Shown here: positions 47,350-59,167 of the stretch, one piece after another | Numbering within the stretch: the stretch's first letter is position 1 | How the letters are laid out: each line of letters begins with the position of its first letter | Assembly (NCBI RefSeq): GCF_006345805.1 | Contig: NC_043014.1 | Span: 47,926,001-47,990,000 of the forward strand | Length of the DNA stretch: 64,000 bases | Origin: Octopus sinensis | Lineage: Eukaryota | Reading direction: 5' to 3' | Translations under genes and position numbers: made by a program | Notes under the pieces: model-generated | Database searches by the model: none | Told to the model about the DNA's origin: nothing | The model's input: the letters and a program-made list of their open reading frames with translations, nothing else

Positions 47350-48237
47350 CAATATTTTGAGATGGCCTTTTTTTTTTGTTTTTTGCCAGATAAACACACC
47401 CACTATATATATTCATTCTTCACTTCAGGTTTATCTTTGTTCTTATTTTATGTCCTTTGCCTGGAAATCTTTCATCACACATACTGTGACCTCTTCAGCG
47501 ACTCTCCATTGCTTCTAAACAAAGGGCATAAAGAACTATTATAAGAACAGCAATAAATCTGAAGTGAAGAACAAATAGTGCATGTGTTTATTTGGCATGA
47601 ACAAATTTTTAAAATGACCATCCCAAAATATAACAATATCCATTTCAACACATGATTTCACATCAGGAATCTTGTAAAAGAAATACATAAATGTGTTTGT
47701 GTGTGTGTATGAATGTCATTGCCTTTATGACTGACAACCACCTACAACACACACACACACACACACATTGTGTTTCCTTAACATCATGTATTTGTTATAA
47801 ACGACTGTTAGTCATACAGGCAGTACCATTCATTTCCAATACTCTGCAAGAACATGTCAGGCCATGGAGAAATATTACCTAGGCTTGAAAGTGAGGGAGG
47901 ATTGTCGACAAGAAGGGCATCTGATTGTAATAAATCTGCCTTGATAAACTCCATCTGACCCATGCAAGCATGGAAAAATGGACATTAAAACAATGATAAT
48001 GATGTTTCTATATATATATATATATATATATTAATAAAAGAAATAAAACATATGCATATATATAAACATATATGTACGTACCTACCTCTTCCTCTATATA
48101 CACGCATATATGAGTACAGGACACCAAAGGGACGTCAAACACAACGAGAAACGAAAACATAGACACAAACCAAAGGAACAGGACATTTTTTTAAAAAACA
48201 ACAAAAAATGGAGTACAGGACATATATATATATACAT

Positions 48238-48646
48238 AGGCGCAGGAGTGGTTGTGTGGTAAGTAGCTTGCTTACCAACCACATGGTTCTGGGTTCAGTC
48301 CCACTGCATGGCAACGTGGGCAAGTGTCTTCTGCTATAGCCTCGGACCAACCAATGCCTTGTGAGTGGATTTGGTAGAAGGAAACTGAAAGAAGCCTGCC
48401 GTATATATGTATATATATATGTGTGTGTGTGTATATGTTTGTGTGTCTGTTTGTCCCTCTAGCAATGCTTGACAACCGATGCTGGTGTGTTTACATCCCC
48501 GTCACTTAGCGGTTCGGCAAAAGAGACCGATAGAATAAGTACTGGGCTTACAAAGAATAAGTCCCGGGGTCGATTTGCTCGACTAAAGGCGGTGCTCCAG
48601 CATGGCCGCAGTCAAATGACTGAAACAAGTAAAAGAGTAAAAAGAG
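48238..48646 (+). mobile_element. SINE family B, young full-length
   Basis: AGGCGCAGGAGTGGTTGTGTGGTAAG, GGGTTCAGTCCC, internal (TA/TG)n, tail GACTGAAACAAGTAAAAGAG. Confidence 0.92.
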
Positions 48647-48901
48647 AATATATATATATATATATAAACACACAAACACATACTTTGCTTATAAGAGACT
48701 TTCAGTTGGTGCACAGAGTCCTCAATGTACTCTGTACTCATTGAGGACTTTGGTATTTTGTACAGAAACAAGTAGCATCTAAGCCCAGATACAATAGATA
48801 CACACACACACACATGCATGCACAGATATATACACAGAGTGGCTGATAAAGTCTTGTGCAGTTTTAAATGTTGTGCAACTCAAGATCTATGTATGTTTGG
48901 A

Positions 48902-49100
48902 TTAGATAAAAACTTGATAAGGCTGAAACAATACAAAATGAAATACAAAGTGCACTAGGATACCTTCATTGGTATATGACACATGGAGCAAGGAGATGGA
49001 ACCCACCTCTCATTTCCCAAGGTGTCCTGAAAAAGGTGTCTTCCGTTTTCACTTTGTATTTCATGTCATACTGTGTCAACCTTATCAAGCTTTTATCTAA
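48902..49100. repeat. Palindromic MITE-like element with 51-70 bp degenerate arms
   Basis: 48902-48952 vs reverse complement of 49050-49100, about 43/51 identical. Confidence 0.75.
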
Positions 49101-49439
49101 TGTAATATCACGCAATGCAACACCCTCACTACTCAGATTTAATAATAAAATTTATTTTTAAAGAGTATTTTTTTAAAAACAGTTAAATCTATTTTATCAT
49201 TATCAAAACATTCATTATTGTGAATTTAATTTTTAGGAGGTTTAATTATTTTTTTCAACTTATTTCATAGCTTTTCTACGAAACCACATTCTACAGATGA
49301 CTTGTAGGCTAATTAGCTAAGTCAACTAACGTGATTCAGTGTATAACTGAAAATCAACTGGTATTTCTTTGAAGCCAAACTGCAAAGTTATGAGGACATC
49401 AACAAACCAACACTGGTTGTCAAGTGGTCATGGGGACAA

Positions 49440-49479
<40 letters not shown>

Positions 49480-49486
<7 letters not shown>

Positions 49487-49640
49487 GTAATGCAATACAA
49501 GAGTATTGCTTTCCAGTAAAGAATAGCCCGTGAGGGAAAATTATACATAGAAGTAAATATATGGCACAACGAAGTACCGATATTTCGCTATTTTCCAGTA
49601 AATATCGGTACTTCGTTGTGCCATATATTTACTTCTATGT
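49480..49640 (-). mobile_element. Small fold-back element between (TA)n arrays
   Basis: Perfect 41-bp arms 49545-49585 / 49600-49640; terminal hairpin GCAATAC-aaga-GTATTGC beside (TA)n. Confidence 0.7.
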
Positions 49641-49641
49641 G

Positions 49642-49686
<45 letters not shown>

Positions 49687-51050
49687 TTTCGGTTTCTGTC
49701 TACCACATCCACTCACAAGGCTTTGATCAGTTCAAGGGTATACGATAAACACTTGCCCAAGGTGCCACACAGTGAGACTGAACCTGGAATTATGTGGTTG
49801 AGAAGCAATCTTCTTACCACACAGCCATGCTGTGAAAGATGTTATCATGAGCAGGAAGTGGTTTATCCATCAAATGATCAGGTGGTATAAACAGGAATAA
49901 AATTGTTTGATTGACAGCCACTGCACTTAGAACTCACAGGATTATATGAATTAAGCCAATGCATTTGGTCATAAATTAAGGCACTGCCTTTTGTGTTGTC
50001 TGAACACAGACAATGTGCTCTTTTTAAAGTTTGTAGTTGTAAGGAGATCAGCATATCTGCAAGTTTTGAAAAGAAATAATGTACCAGATACCAAGACTAT
50101 TCCAAGAAATCAGAATTCAATATAACTCTCTAACAACTGGTTTTTCTCTCAATTTTTTTTTTAAATACTGCAATCAGCATCATAAATATCATTTAAAATT
50201 CATTTTCCATATTGGTATAGGTTGGACAGTTTGACAGGAGCTGGTCAGCCGGAGAGCTGTACCAGGCTCCAATTCTCTGTTTTTGGTATGGTTTCTACAA
50301 ATTGATGACCTTTCTAATGCCAACCACTTTACAGAGTGTACTGGGTGCTTTTTGCATGGCACCAGGACCTGTGCTTTTTGTGGAACAGGCACAGCTGTGC
50401 TTATGTGGCACCAGCACAGGTGCTTTTTACAACTAGCATGGGACGTCAAGGTTTCTTTCAGTTTCCATCTACCAAGTCCACTTACACAGCTTTGGTCAGC
50501 CCAGGCTATATTAGAAGACACTTGCCCAAGGTGTCACACAGTGGGACTAAACCTGGAACCATGTGATGAGTAAACAACTTTCTTACCACCCAGCTACGCC
50601 CAATTTATATAATTACGTCCTTGCTTATTACATTCAATATACAGTATGTATATTCCAATGTACCATGTGTGTACATATACACACCAAAAAATAGATTCTT
50701 CCCTCACTGGTTTGTGGTTTGACAAGGGTCCACTGTGCATGTAATTTATATATGGACATAAGTGTAGTCTATTCATCTATATTTATATATATATATAATT
50801 CATGCATAGATATAGTATGATATAATATATAATTTATATTTCATGCTAGCATGGTGGGCAAATGTAAAATGATGATGAATGACATTGGTGGTGGTGAAGA
50901 TGGTGGTGGTCGTGATGTGATGATGAAAGGTCAAATATAGTCTCATTTTGTTAACTCTGATTTGAGAGAATTATGAAAGCCTTTTTCACTATGAAGTAAA
51001 ACAACATCAATTGAAAAGTGTCTAAACCTCTGAAAAATGGAGTTGATGTT

Positions 51051-51445
51051 GGCGCAGGAGTGGCTGTGTGGTAAGTAGCTTGCTTACCAACCACATGGTT
51101 CCTGGTTCAGTCCCACTGCGTGGCACCTTGGGCAAGTGTCTTCTACTATAGCCTCGGGCCGACCAATGCCTTATGAGTGGATTTGGTAGACAGAAACTGA
51201 AAGAAGCCTGTCGTATATATATATATATATAGGTATATGTGTGTTTGTGTTTGTCCCCCTAGCATTGTTTGACAACCGATGCTGGTGTGTTTACGTCCCC
51301 ATCACTTAGCGGTTCGGCAAAAGAGACCGATAGAATAAGTACTGGGCTTACAAAGAATAAGTCCCGGGGTCGATTTGCTCGACTAAAGGCGGTGCTCCAG
51401 CATGGCCGCAGTCAAATGACTGAAACAAGTAAAAGAGAAAGAGAG
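51051..51445 (+). mobile_element. SINE family B, young full-length
   Basis: 3' half almost identical to 48238-48646 (same spurious ORF MTTDAGVFTSPSLSG...). Confidence 0.92.
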
Positions 51446-51894
51446 TATCTGTATTGCCGGATATAGAAAACTAAATAACTTTTAGCAGGTTATCAACACT
51501 GTCCCAGGAGGGGAGTAATTCAATAACTGATGTTAATGTTTTGCAATAGTAACAAAAGGGGAGAATGCAGAGGACAGTGGAGATTGATAATAAGTGAGGA
51601 AAAGGGACGGGAGAGTGTTGGGTGACAGTCCCTTCATTTTCCATCCCCTTCCCCATAAGAAATTCACCCGGCAACCCCAAGCCATTTAAAACAGCTTCAA
51701 CTGTCCTCTCTATACAACATGTTAAGGAGCGGCACCCTATCCGCTACGATTAATACTATATTACAGTGACAATTTATCGTCACGTGAGAGGCAACAAGGA
51801 TTGCTCTGGTGTCGCAGCAAAGGATACTGAGCAGTCGCACTGGAGATGATCGTGGAATCCCTCTATCCAGATAAATGTGCACAGCTTTTGCAAA

Positions 51895-51907
51895 GAGTGT
51901 GCGTATA

Positions 51908-51939
<32 letters not shown>

Positions 51940-52158
51940 CATGTGCATATATGTATGTGTGTGTATATGTGCGTATATGTATGTGTGTGTATAGGTGTAT
52001 ATGTGTGTGTGTGTATGTGCATATATGTATGTGTGTGTATGTGCATATATGTATATGTGTGTATATATGTGCGTATGTGAGCATGTATGTGTGTATATAT
52101 GTGTGTGTATATATATATGTGTACGTATAAGTGTGTATGTGTATAAATATATATATAT
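51895..52158. repeat. Long compound (TG/TA)n microsatellite
   Basis: Direct reading. Similar arrays at 21370-21760, 22177-22325, 23645-23702, 53285-53372. Confidence 0.95.
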
Positions 52159-52630
52159 AATTCAACAAGAACTAAAGTGTATATTCACATCGCACATGCA
52201 CAATGGCAAAATATAATATGTACATGAGAATAGAATCCTAGTATGGCTTTGGTTCTGCTGGCCAAAAGAAGCAAAAGAAAATTTATACACTTTGCTTTTA
52301 ATAACCACACACACACAATGAGTGTGTATAAATACAATACACCATTTGCAGGAGAGAGAGAGTCTTGGGTATTTCATAAGAGTTAGTCAGAATAGCTCCC
52401 TTTAGTCAAGCTGCTGCTATGGCAGATAAGGGGGGACGTTTTATATCAATAGATTATATTAAAATATGGTTTATATATATTATGTGTATTTATGTATGTA
52501 AACAAAAAGCGCATAGATGAACGTATAATAAGATGGAACATATTGGTTGTGCAAATAGGGAAGAATTTCAGTCGTCATAAATAGATTTTTCTGCAATGCA
52601 ATAAATGTTGATACCACAAAAAAAAAAAAA

Positions 52631-52668
<38 letters not shown>

Positions 52669-53315
52669 AGAAAAAAAAAAATGAAGAATGCTAAGGAAAC
52701 ACCACCAGAAGTGACAGCAGCACCATCAATACTGGAGGAGAGAAAAAAAATGAAAAATGATGGCTTTTCATGTAAATGGTATCACAATAAACGTGTCCCT
52801 AAATAAGAGACAGTTGTGTGTTGTACAAGCAAGGATCTGAAGAGAGAGAGAGAGAGCATGAGGGAAAAATAAGAGCTGTGTCATACAGTCAGCCTACTCC
52901 CTCCTCAACGAACTGACCTACATAACAGATTATGTAGCAAAATAATTGAGTCATTTAAAATATACATATATATATATGCATACATGTGTATATATTAAAT
53001 ATGTGTACACACACACACACACATACATAGATAGATATATGTACACGTGCACATTTTCATGTATGCATGCTTATATTCATACATATTGACATATAATATA
53101 GTGATGCCTACACACACACACTAACAAACTTTCTTTTTAATTAAGTGAAAAGTTTTAAAAAAGTGGCTCAAAGGCTGCGAGATTTGTGTATGGCACTTAT
53201 GTGCCATAAACGAAACCTTTAGCCTCTTAGTCCATTTTGTAACTTTTCACCCAATTATAAAAAGATATATCAACATGCACACACATTTGTATATACATAC
53301 ATACATATATATATA

Positions 53316-53358
<43 letters not shown>

Positions 53359-53373
53359 ATATATTATATATAT

Positions 53374-53699
53374 GTAGCTGTGATACCAGTGCCGGTGGCA
53401 CATAAGTGAACCATCCAAATGTGGTCGTTGCCAGCGCCGCCCTGACTGGCTTCCGTGCCGGTGGCATGTAAAAAGCACCATCCGATCGTGGCCGTTTGCC
53501 AGCCCTGTCTGGCACCTGTGCTGGTGGCACGTAAAAAGCACCCACCACACTCATGGAGTGGTTGGCGTTAGGAAGGGCATCCAGCCGTAGAAACATTGCC
53601 AGATCAGACTGGGCCTGGTGCAGCCTCCTGGCTTCCCAGACCCCAGTTGCACCGTCCAACCCATGCTAGCATGGAAAGCGGATGCTAAATGATGATGAT
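53374..53699 (+). mobile_element. RTE 3' UTR copy, young
   Basis: Three tandem units, GGAAGGGCATCCAGCCGTAG, CCATGCTAGCATGG, (GAT)n tail. Confidence 0.88.
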
Positions 53700-53724
53700 A
53701 CATATATATATATACACGCACACA

Positions 53725-54825
53725 TTGATTGCCTCATCTTGTCAGATGTGAGCCATTGCATTGTTCAATGTTCACAGCCATTCAGTCTTGTAGCTCTAGA
53801 ATGAGTGATAAACCAGCTGATGATTTACAAGGTCTTGAACAAACAGGCAACAATCATCAGGGTATGTCTGTTGTATACCATTCTATTGCAGATTTCTTAT
53901 TGCAAGTCTAAATCCAACACATGAAGCTGAAAATCGATCAGTCAAAATTTGTATCAGTATCATCTGCATAAACTAATTGAAGGATCAAAAGCATTGGAGG
54001 TCTTAAGAGGCACAGTTGAATCCTCCTCGGGTCAAAGACTTCCTGTTATAAACTACAACTAGAAACCAATGTCACAAATCTTGAAAACATAAACGTGTGG
54101 GGAAGTAAACTAAAAATAGAAAGGGAGTCTGAATATCTCCCTGTTTAACTCCATTGCCCATTAAAAGTGATTCAGGCATCACAACATTATCATCATCATC
54201 GTTTAACGTCCACTTTCCATGCTAGCATGGGTTGGACGGTTCGACTGGGGTCTTGGAAGCCAGGAGGCTGCACCAGGCCCAGTCTGATCTGGCAGTGTTT
54301 CTACAGCTGGATGCCCTTCCTAACGCCAACCACTCCGTGAGTGTAGTGGGTGCTTTTTACGTGCCAGACGAGACTGGCAACGGCCACGATCAGTTGGTGC
54401 TTTTTACGTGCCACCGGCACGGAGGCCAGTCGCAGCAGCACTGGCAACAACCACGTTCGGATGGTTCTTTTAACGTGGCTGTTACCAGCACTGCCTCAAC
54501 TGGCCTCTGTACCGGTGGCACGTAAAAAGCACCAAATGTTATAATATAATCCTTTAAACATGTTTACAAAGTTTGTAGGACAACCCAACCAATGTACCAA
54601 GGACTTACCACAATACCTCTATGTTAATAGTTAAAAAAAGCCTTGCCAAGTCAACAAAACCCAAATGTAGGGGCACCTGCTGCTCAATACACTTCTCTTG
54701 AAATTACCTCGCAGAGAAAATCATGTCTATAGTACTCCTCCCTGATCTAAAATCAGGTTGTTTCAGATAGTAATGAGGGTCAGATGTCTTTCAACAACAA
54801 TCTGAATAGTACCCAAAATCTTCAA
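53725..54825 (-). pseudogene. RTE (BovB-like) reverse transcriptase relic split by a younger insertion
   Basis: FRSGRSTIDMIFSAR*FQEKCIEQQVPLHLGFVDL..LW*VL..GCPTNF | NGVKQG..FDPRRIQ..LVYADDT..DRFSASC; interrupted at 54189-54533. Confidence 0.85.
54189..54533 (-). mobile_element. RTE 3' UTR copy with inverted 5' segment
   Basis: Antisense units 54189-54490, then a sense-oriented CCGGTGGCACGTAAAAAGCACC ending 54533. Confidence 0.85.
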
Positions 54826-55091
54826 ACCAAATGCCAACTCCTCAACTTAGGGTACCCCTAACCGTTCAGTTTAGGGCACACACCCGACTCCTTGATTTCA
54901 GGTACACACTGACTTTGGGCACACCACAACCATGGGTTCTTAGCTTAGGGTACAACCGGGTCTGACTCTTCAGTTTGTAATTAAGCTAATCCTCCATTTC
55001 TTATATTGATTGAAAACCTACAACAGATACAGACTATGTGGAATGTTCAAACAACTCTTTACTTCCCTGATCTGTTAAAGATTCAGTTTAA

Positions 55092-55352
55092 TCCTTTAGT
55101 ATTTAGATTACTGTCAAATGTATTCACTTTGCTTTAAATTAATCATGCTTTATCTTGTGGCATTGAATTTGAATTCACAACATAAAGAGCCGGAAGAAAT
55201 ACTGCTAACCATTTTGCCCAACTCGCAATGATGTGATTGTTTATTTTCAGAATAACAGTGTAGGGTAAGTGTGAGAAGCCAAATATAGTCAGTTTGAACA
55301 TAAAACAAGTAGAATATTTGGGTTGGATATGGCTGGCTTAACTGCTGAAGGA
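55092..55352 (+). mobile_element. piggyBac-like MITE P2 carrying a 62-bp inverted SINE-head patch
   Basis: TTAA|TCCTTTAGT...CTGAAGGA|TTAC; patch at 55165-55226. Confidence 0.7.
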
Positions 55353-55650
55353 TTACAGGCTGTTGCTATGTCATTGGTATATAATTGTAGAATTAAGCGC
55401 AAGACAAACTATACAAAATTAAGAAAGAGGCTGTCATAGTCAAACAATATTGGGGAAACAAACTAAAAGAAAATAAGGACATCTTTGTTTACCAGTTGAA
55501 AATTTTCAGTAACTCAAAGTTAAAACTAAAAGATTAAACCACTGAAATAACTTAAGCTCAGATTCGTAATTCCATAATCCTTCCCTCTTGAGATTAAAGC
55601 ACTGTTTGAATATAACATGAAAAATTATATGAACTGAAATTTTCAAATTC

Positions 55651-55865
55651 AAGATGGCAAGCTGATAAAATTATTAGCGAGTTGGGCAAAATGCTTAGCA
55701 GCATTTCTTCTGACTCTCTATGTTGTGAGTTCAAATTCTGCTGAGGGTCATTTTGCCTTTCATCCTTTCAGGGTCAATAAAGTTCCAGTTAAACACAGGT
55801 CGATGTAATCAATTTACTGCCTTCGTTAAAATTGCTGGCCTTATGCCAAAATTTGAAGCCATTAT
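55651..55865 (+). mobile_element. Old family-A-like SINE
   Basis: AAGATGGCAAGCTG..GAGTTCAAATTCTGC..TTTCATCCTTTCAGGGTCAATAAA..GGTCGATGTAATC. Confidence 0.7.
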
Positions 55866-56439
55866 TTTTAAATTATTACTTATGAAATTGGAAATTTTAG
55901 CCTTATATTAAATTTTACATTTATCAAAGTTGGAGTTAGTACATTTTTACTAGCTACAATTCTAGTGATTGCTTCTGACTCCAAGACAGTGAAGTTTAAG
56001 GGAATTATGATACAGATTTAGATCTTTTACCTTAATATGTTGAAACAGATAATTCCCTCAAACAGTCTTGTGACACTGGGCAGATGGAATCATTTAACTG
56101 CCAATTTACAGCAGTTCTATTAGGATACCATCTAAACCTGGTAGTACCTTACCACTATTGCCAGAACCACTTCGTTCTCTGTAAGCTTACAACTTATAAG
56201 ATGAAACACATCTTGTTTGGGGGAAATGGGGAGCCGTCAAAAACCTCACCATCTGAGCACTAAAATATTATAAAAGAAACTTTTTTTTAAGAGAGGGGCT
56301 AGAAAAATGTTGCTTCCAATTCTGCATGGATACTTTAAGGGTCTTTAATGAATGTCATGCTATCTATGAATATTCTAGAGGAACTATAGATGATTACTGT
56401 GAGCCAAAGACCTGGCATAAAAGACTAAAGATAGATATA

Positions 56440-56700
56440 GAATCTTAACTCGACACTGAGAGGAATTACAACCGTGTTTCGTGGTCTGCTACCACAACAG
56501 CTCCTTTATAGGATCCAGTTAGCTCAAGACATCATCAGGAGGAACCATGTTCGGTTTCGGCCCCTACTCCTCTACTGTTTTGACGTGGCGGACCCCACCC
56601 CTTTCGGAGGTGTCTTCAGCTCTGGTGTTGGGTGCATGTCTTCTTTCTTCTGTTCCCTGGCCTCTTCGATGTTTCATCAGCGAGTGTCAGCCAGTGACTA
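56440..56700 (-). other. GC-rich, CpG-retaining segment with several hammerhead core motifs; element type unknown
   Basis: Minus strand has CTGATGA twice, CTGAAGA once and CGAAA three times in 260 nt. Confidence 0.45.
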
Positions 56701-57924
56701 ACTGACTTGTCAAATTTTTCCCTTTAAACCAAAATTGCTGTTAATCCTCTTTACCTCTCATTGCACAGATACCTTAAGCACTTCAAAAAACTTAGCAATA
56801 ATTGATAAATTGTACAGATACAAGTCTAACAGAGATTAGTAAAGGGAAGTGTTTCACATCCAGTAGCCAACTGATGCTAGTATTATCATCAAACCAACCT
56901 CTGATTCCCTTTTTTGAAACCAATTACCTCAACTCCCAAACACTAAAATTTGTTCTTAAGGTTATCCCAAGAAACATCAAAGATAAGATCAATAAACTAT
57001 CATTAGACACAGTTTTTCAAATGTCTGGTTGTGTCAGTTTTGCCACATCAAAATGCTTTGAAAGTTTTATCCCACGCAAGCAAAAACTTTCCTCAAACTG
57101 AAAGCTTAAACTTTCTATATACCAGTTTTGGCCAATGTCACATTCAGTACTATGTCATACAGACATTGCAGACATCTAGACTATAAACTTTATGAATTGC
57201 TATGAAATCTGTCACGTGGACTGGTTTCGGATGAATCTATGCAACCATGCACTTTAGTTGGTGACAGATATTACAGATAAAAGGTGATACTGATAGCTAG
57301 AAAGGTGTTACATGGTGTTATAGATACCATGAAGAGTGTTACAAGGTGCTATAGATAGGTGTTTGATGTTAAAGATAGCTAGATTTCCTGTGTCAAAGTG
57401 AGCAAGCATTTTCCAGGTCTGCTGTTGTTGTCCAATTCATGCACCAAAGTCAACAAAAAGTATCAGCTTCTAATAAATAGTTTAGGATGAATAAAAGGAT
57501 TCAGAGAATCTTTGATGGTTGTGAGAGCTGAGCCATAAACTGGGTTATAAAAATACATATTGTCCTCATAAGAGTGGGGATGAGAATTTTATAATGTAGA
57601 TGTTTATGTTGTATTGTCACTGCATCTGTCCAAGTAGTTCTGATAGCAAAAACTCTCTCCACCATCTTCCCTTTCACCATTTAGTTTCCAAACCTAAAAT
57701 ATTGTGAAATCAGATAATTCTTTACTTAATTGATCCTAATCTGATAGGCAGAGAATAAAAATTGCTGCTCTATCTGTTTAATCATTGTGATTCTCTGGCT
57801 ACAAGTGCTGTTCTATATTGTGGTCAATTAACTCAGTTTCCAACATACAAGTCGGGATATAATACATAGCGTCTAAACATTCGGGCATCATCACCATCTT
57901 TCCAACTCCTGCTACATTTCACAT

Positions 57925-58333
57925 GGAATTTTTGGTCCTTTAAAGTCATTCTGATGTATAAGTTGGCCTATACATTTTGGCTGTAAATTTCCATATCTGG
58001 AAAGTTTGGCGCAAGCATTTTTGCCACAAGAAATTTTGCCCCAGGATTTCTGACCATAAAGTTCACTGCATAGGAAATTCTGCCGCAAGACAACTTTGCC
58101 GGGAAAAAGATATATTACTTCCTTGGTATATAATTGTTTCAACCAACTTATCTATTATATTATTATGGCAAAGCTACAAGGGATTGGGGAAGGGGCAAAA
58201 TAAAGCAAACTAAAAGATGTTTTCAAAAAAAAAATTCTGCTTAAATAAAAAGTAATACAACATAAATAGGATAAAATTTACAAAGAACAAAAAGAAAACA
58301 AAAAAAACAACAAATCTAAAACAGAATTATAAA

Positions 58334-58368
<35 letters not shown>

Positions 58369-58529
58369 AAAAGCAATTTTTTTCAGAGCTGCAATTTCTC
58401 TAAATCAGGTTGCATGCCATATCTTCAAAATTATCTATATGGTGAAATTATCTTACAGCAAAATTTCCTGTACAGCAAAGTTTCTATGGCGAGTTTTCCT
58501 GCAGCAAAAATGTTTATGGCGAATGTTCC
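57925..58529. mobile_element. Foldback/Mutator-like element with inverted arrays of a 15-bp unit
   Basis: Left array ~57975-58105 (AGGAAATTTTGCCGC-like) and right array ~58440-58529 (GCGGCAAAATTTCCT-like) in opposite orientation; no TSD found. Confidence 0.55.
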
Positions 58530-58874
58530 TAGAACTGTAAATTTTGGTCTGAGAAATTCAACTTGTATACCAGAAAATACAGCAGATGAAACAACTCAGA
58601 AGAAACCTTACATCCCAACAACAGACAATAAACAGGATTCTCTCTTCTACATAGAATTTAGTATTGTAATTGTTACCTTTCTCCTACCTGCCTTATTAAG
58701 CTGTTGTTAGTTGCACTAAACTAACTACTTAAAATAGACAAATTTTTATGTACCATTGCAAGAAACTAAGTAAGATGTTTTCAGACACAAGAATATTTCA
58801 ACCCACAAAGACATGATAATATTGATTAAAAACATTTGTCACCCACAAGTAGATTCACAATTATGTTTTAACTG

Positions 58875-59167
58875 TTTGCTCCTTCTCAAACTACGCTTGG
58901 CTCATAAGGGCCGGTTTCCCAGTTTCCTTGGCGTATAGGTTCCCCACCTGGATGGGACGCCGGGCCGTCGCAGGTGATCTGCAAGATGCAGGAGGAAAGA
59001 GTGAGAGAAAGTTGTGGCGAAAGAGTCAGCAGAAGTTCGCCATTACCTTCTGCCGGAACCGCGTGGAGCTTAGGTGTTTCGCTCATAAACAAACACATCG
59101 CCCGGTCTGAGATTTGAACCTGTGATCCCTCGACCGCTGCTCTAACCACAAGGCCATGTGCCTCCAC
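58875..59167 (-). mobile_element. SINE with family-D head but a different 3' half
   Basis: Head GTGGAGGCACATGGCCTTGTGGTTAGAGCAGCGG..GGTTCAAATCTCAGACCGGGCG; TSD TGTTTTAACTG (58864-58874 / 59171-59181). Confidence 0.85.
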
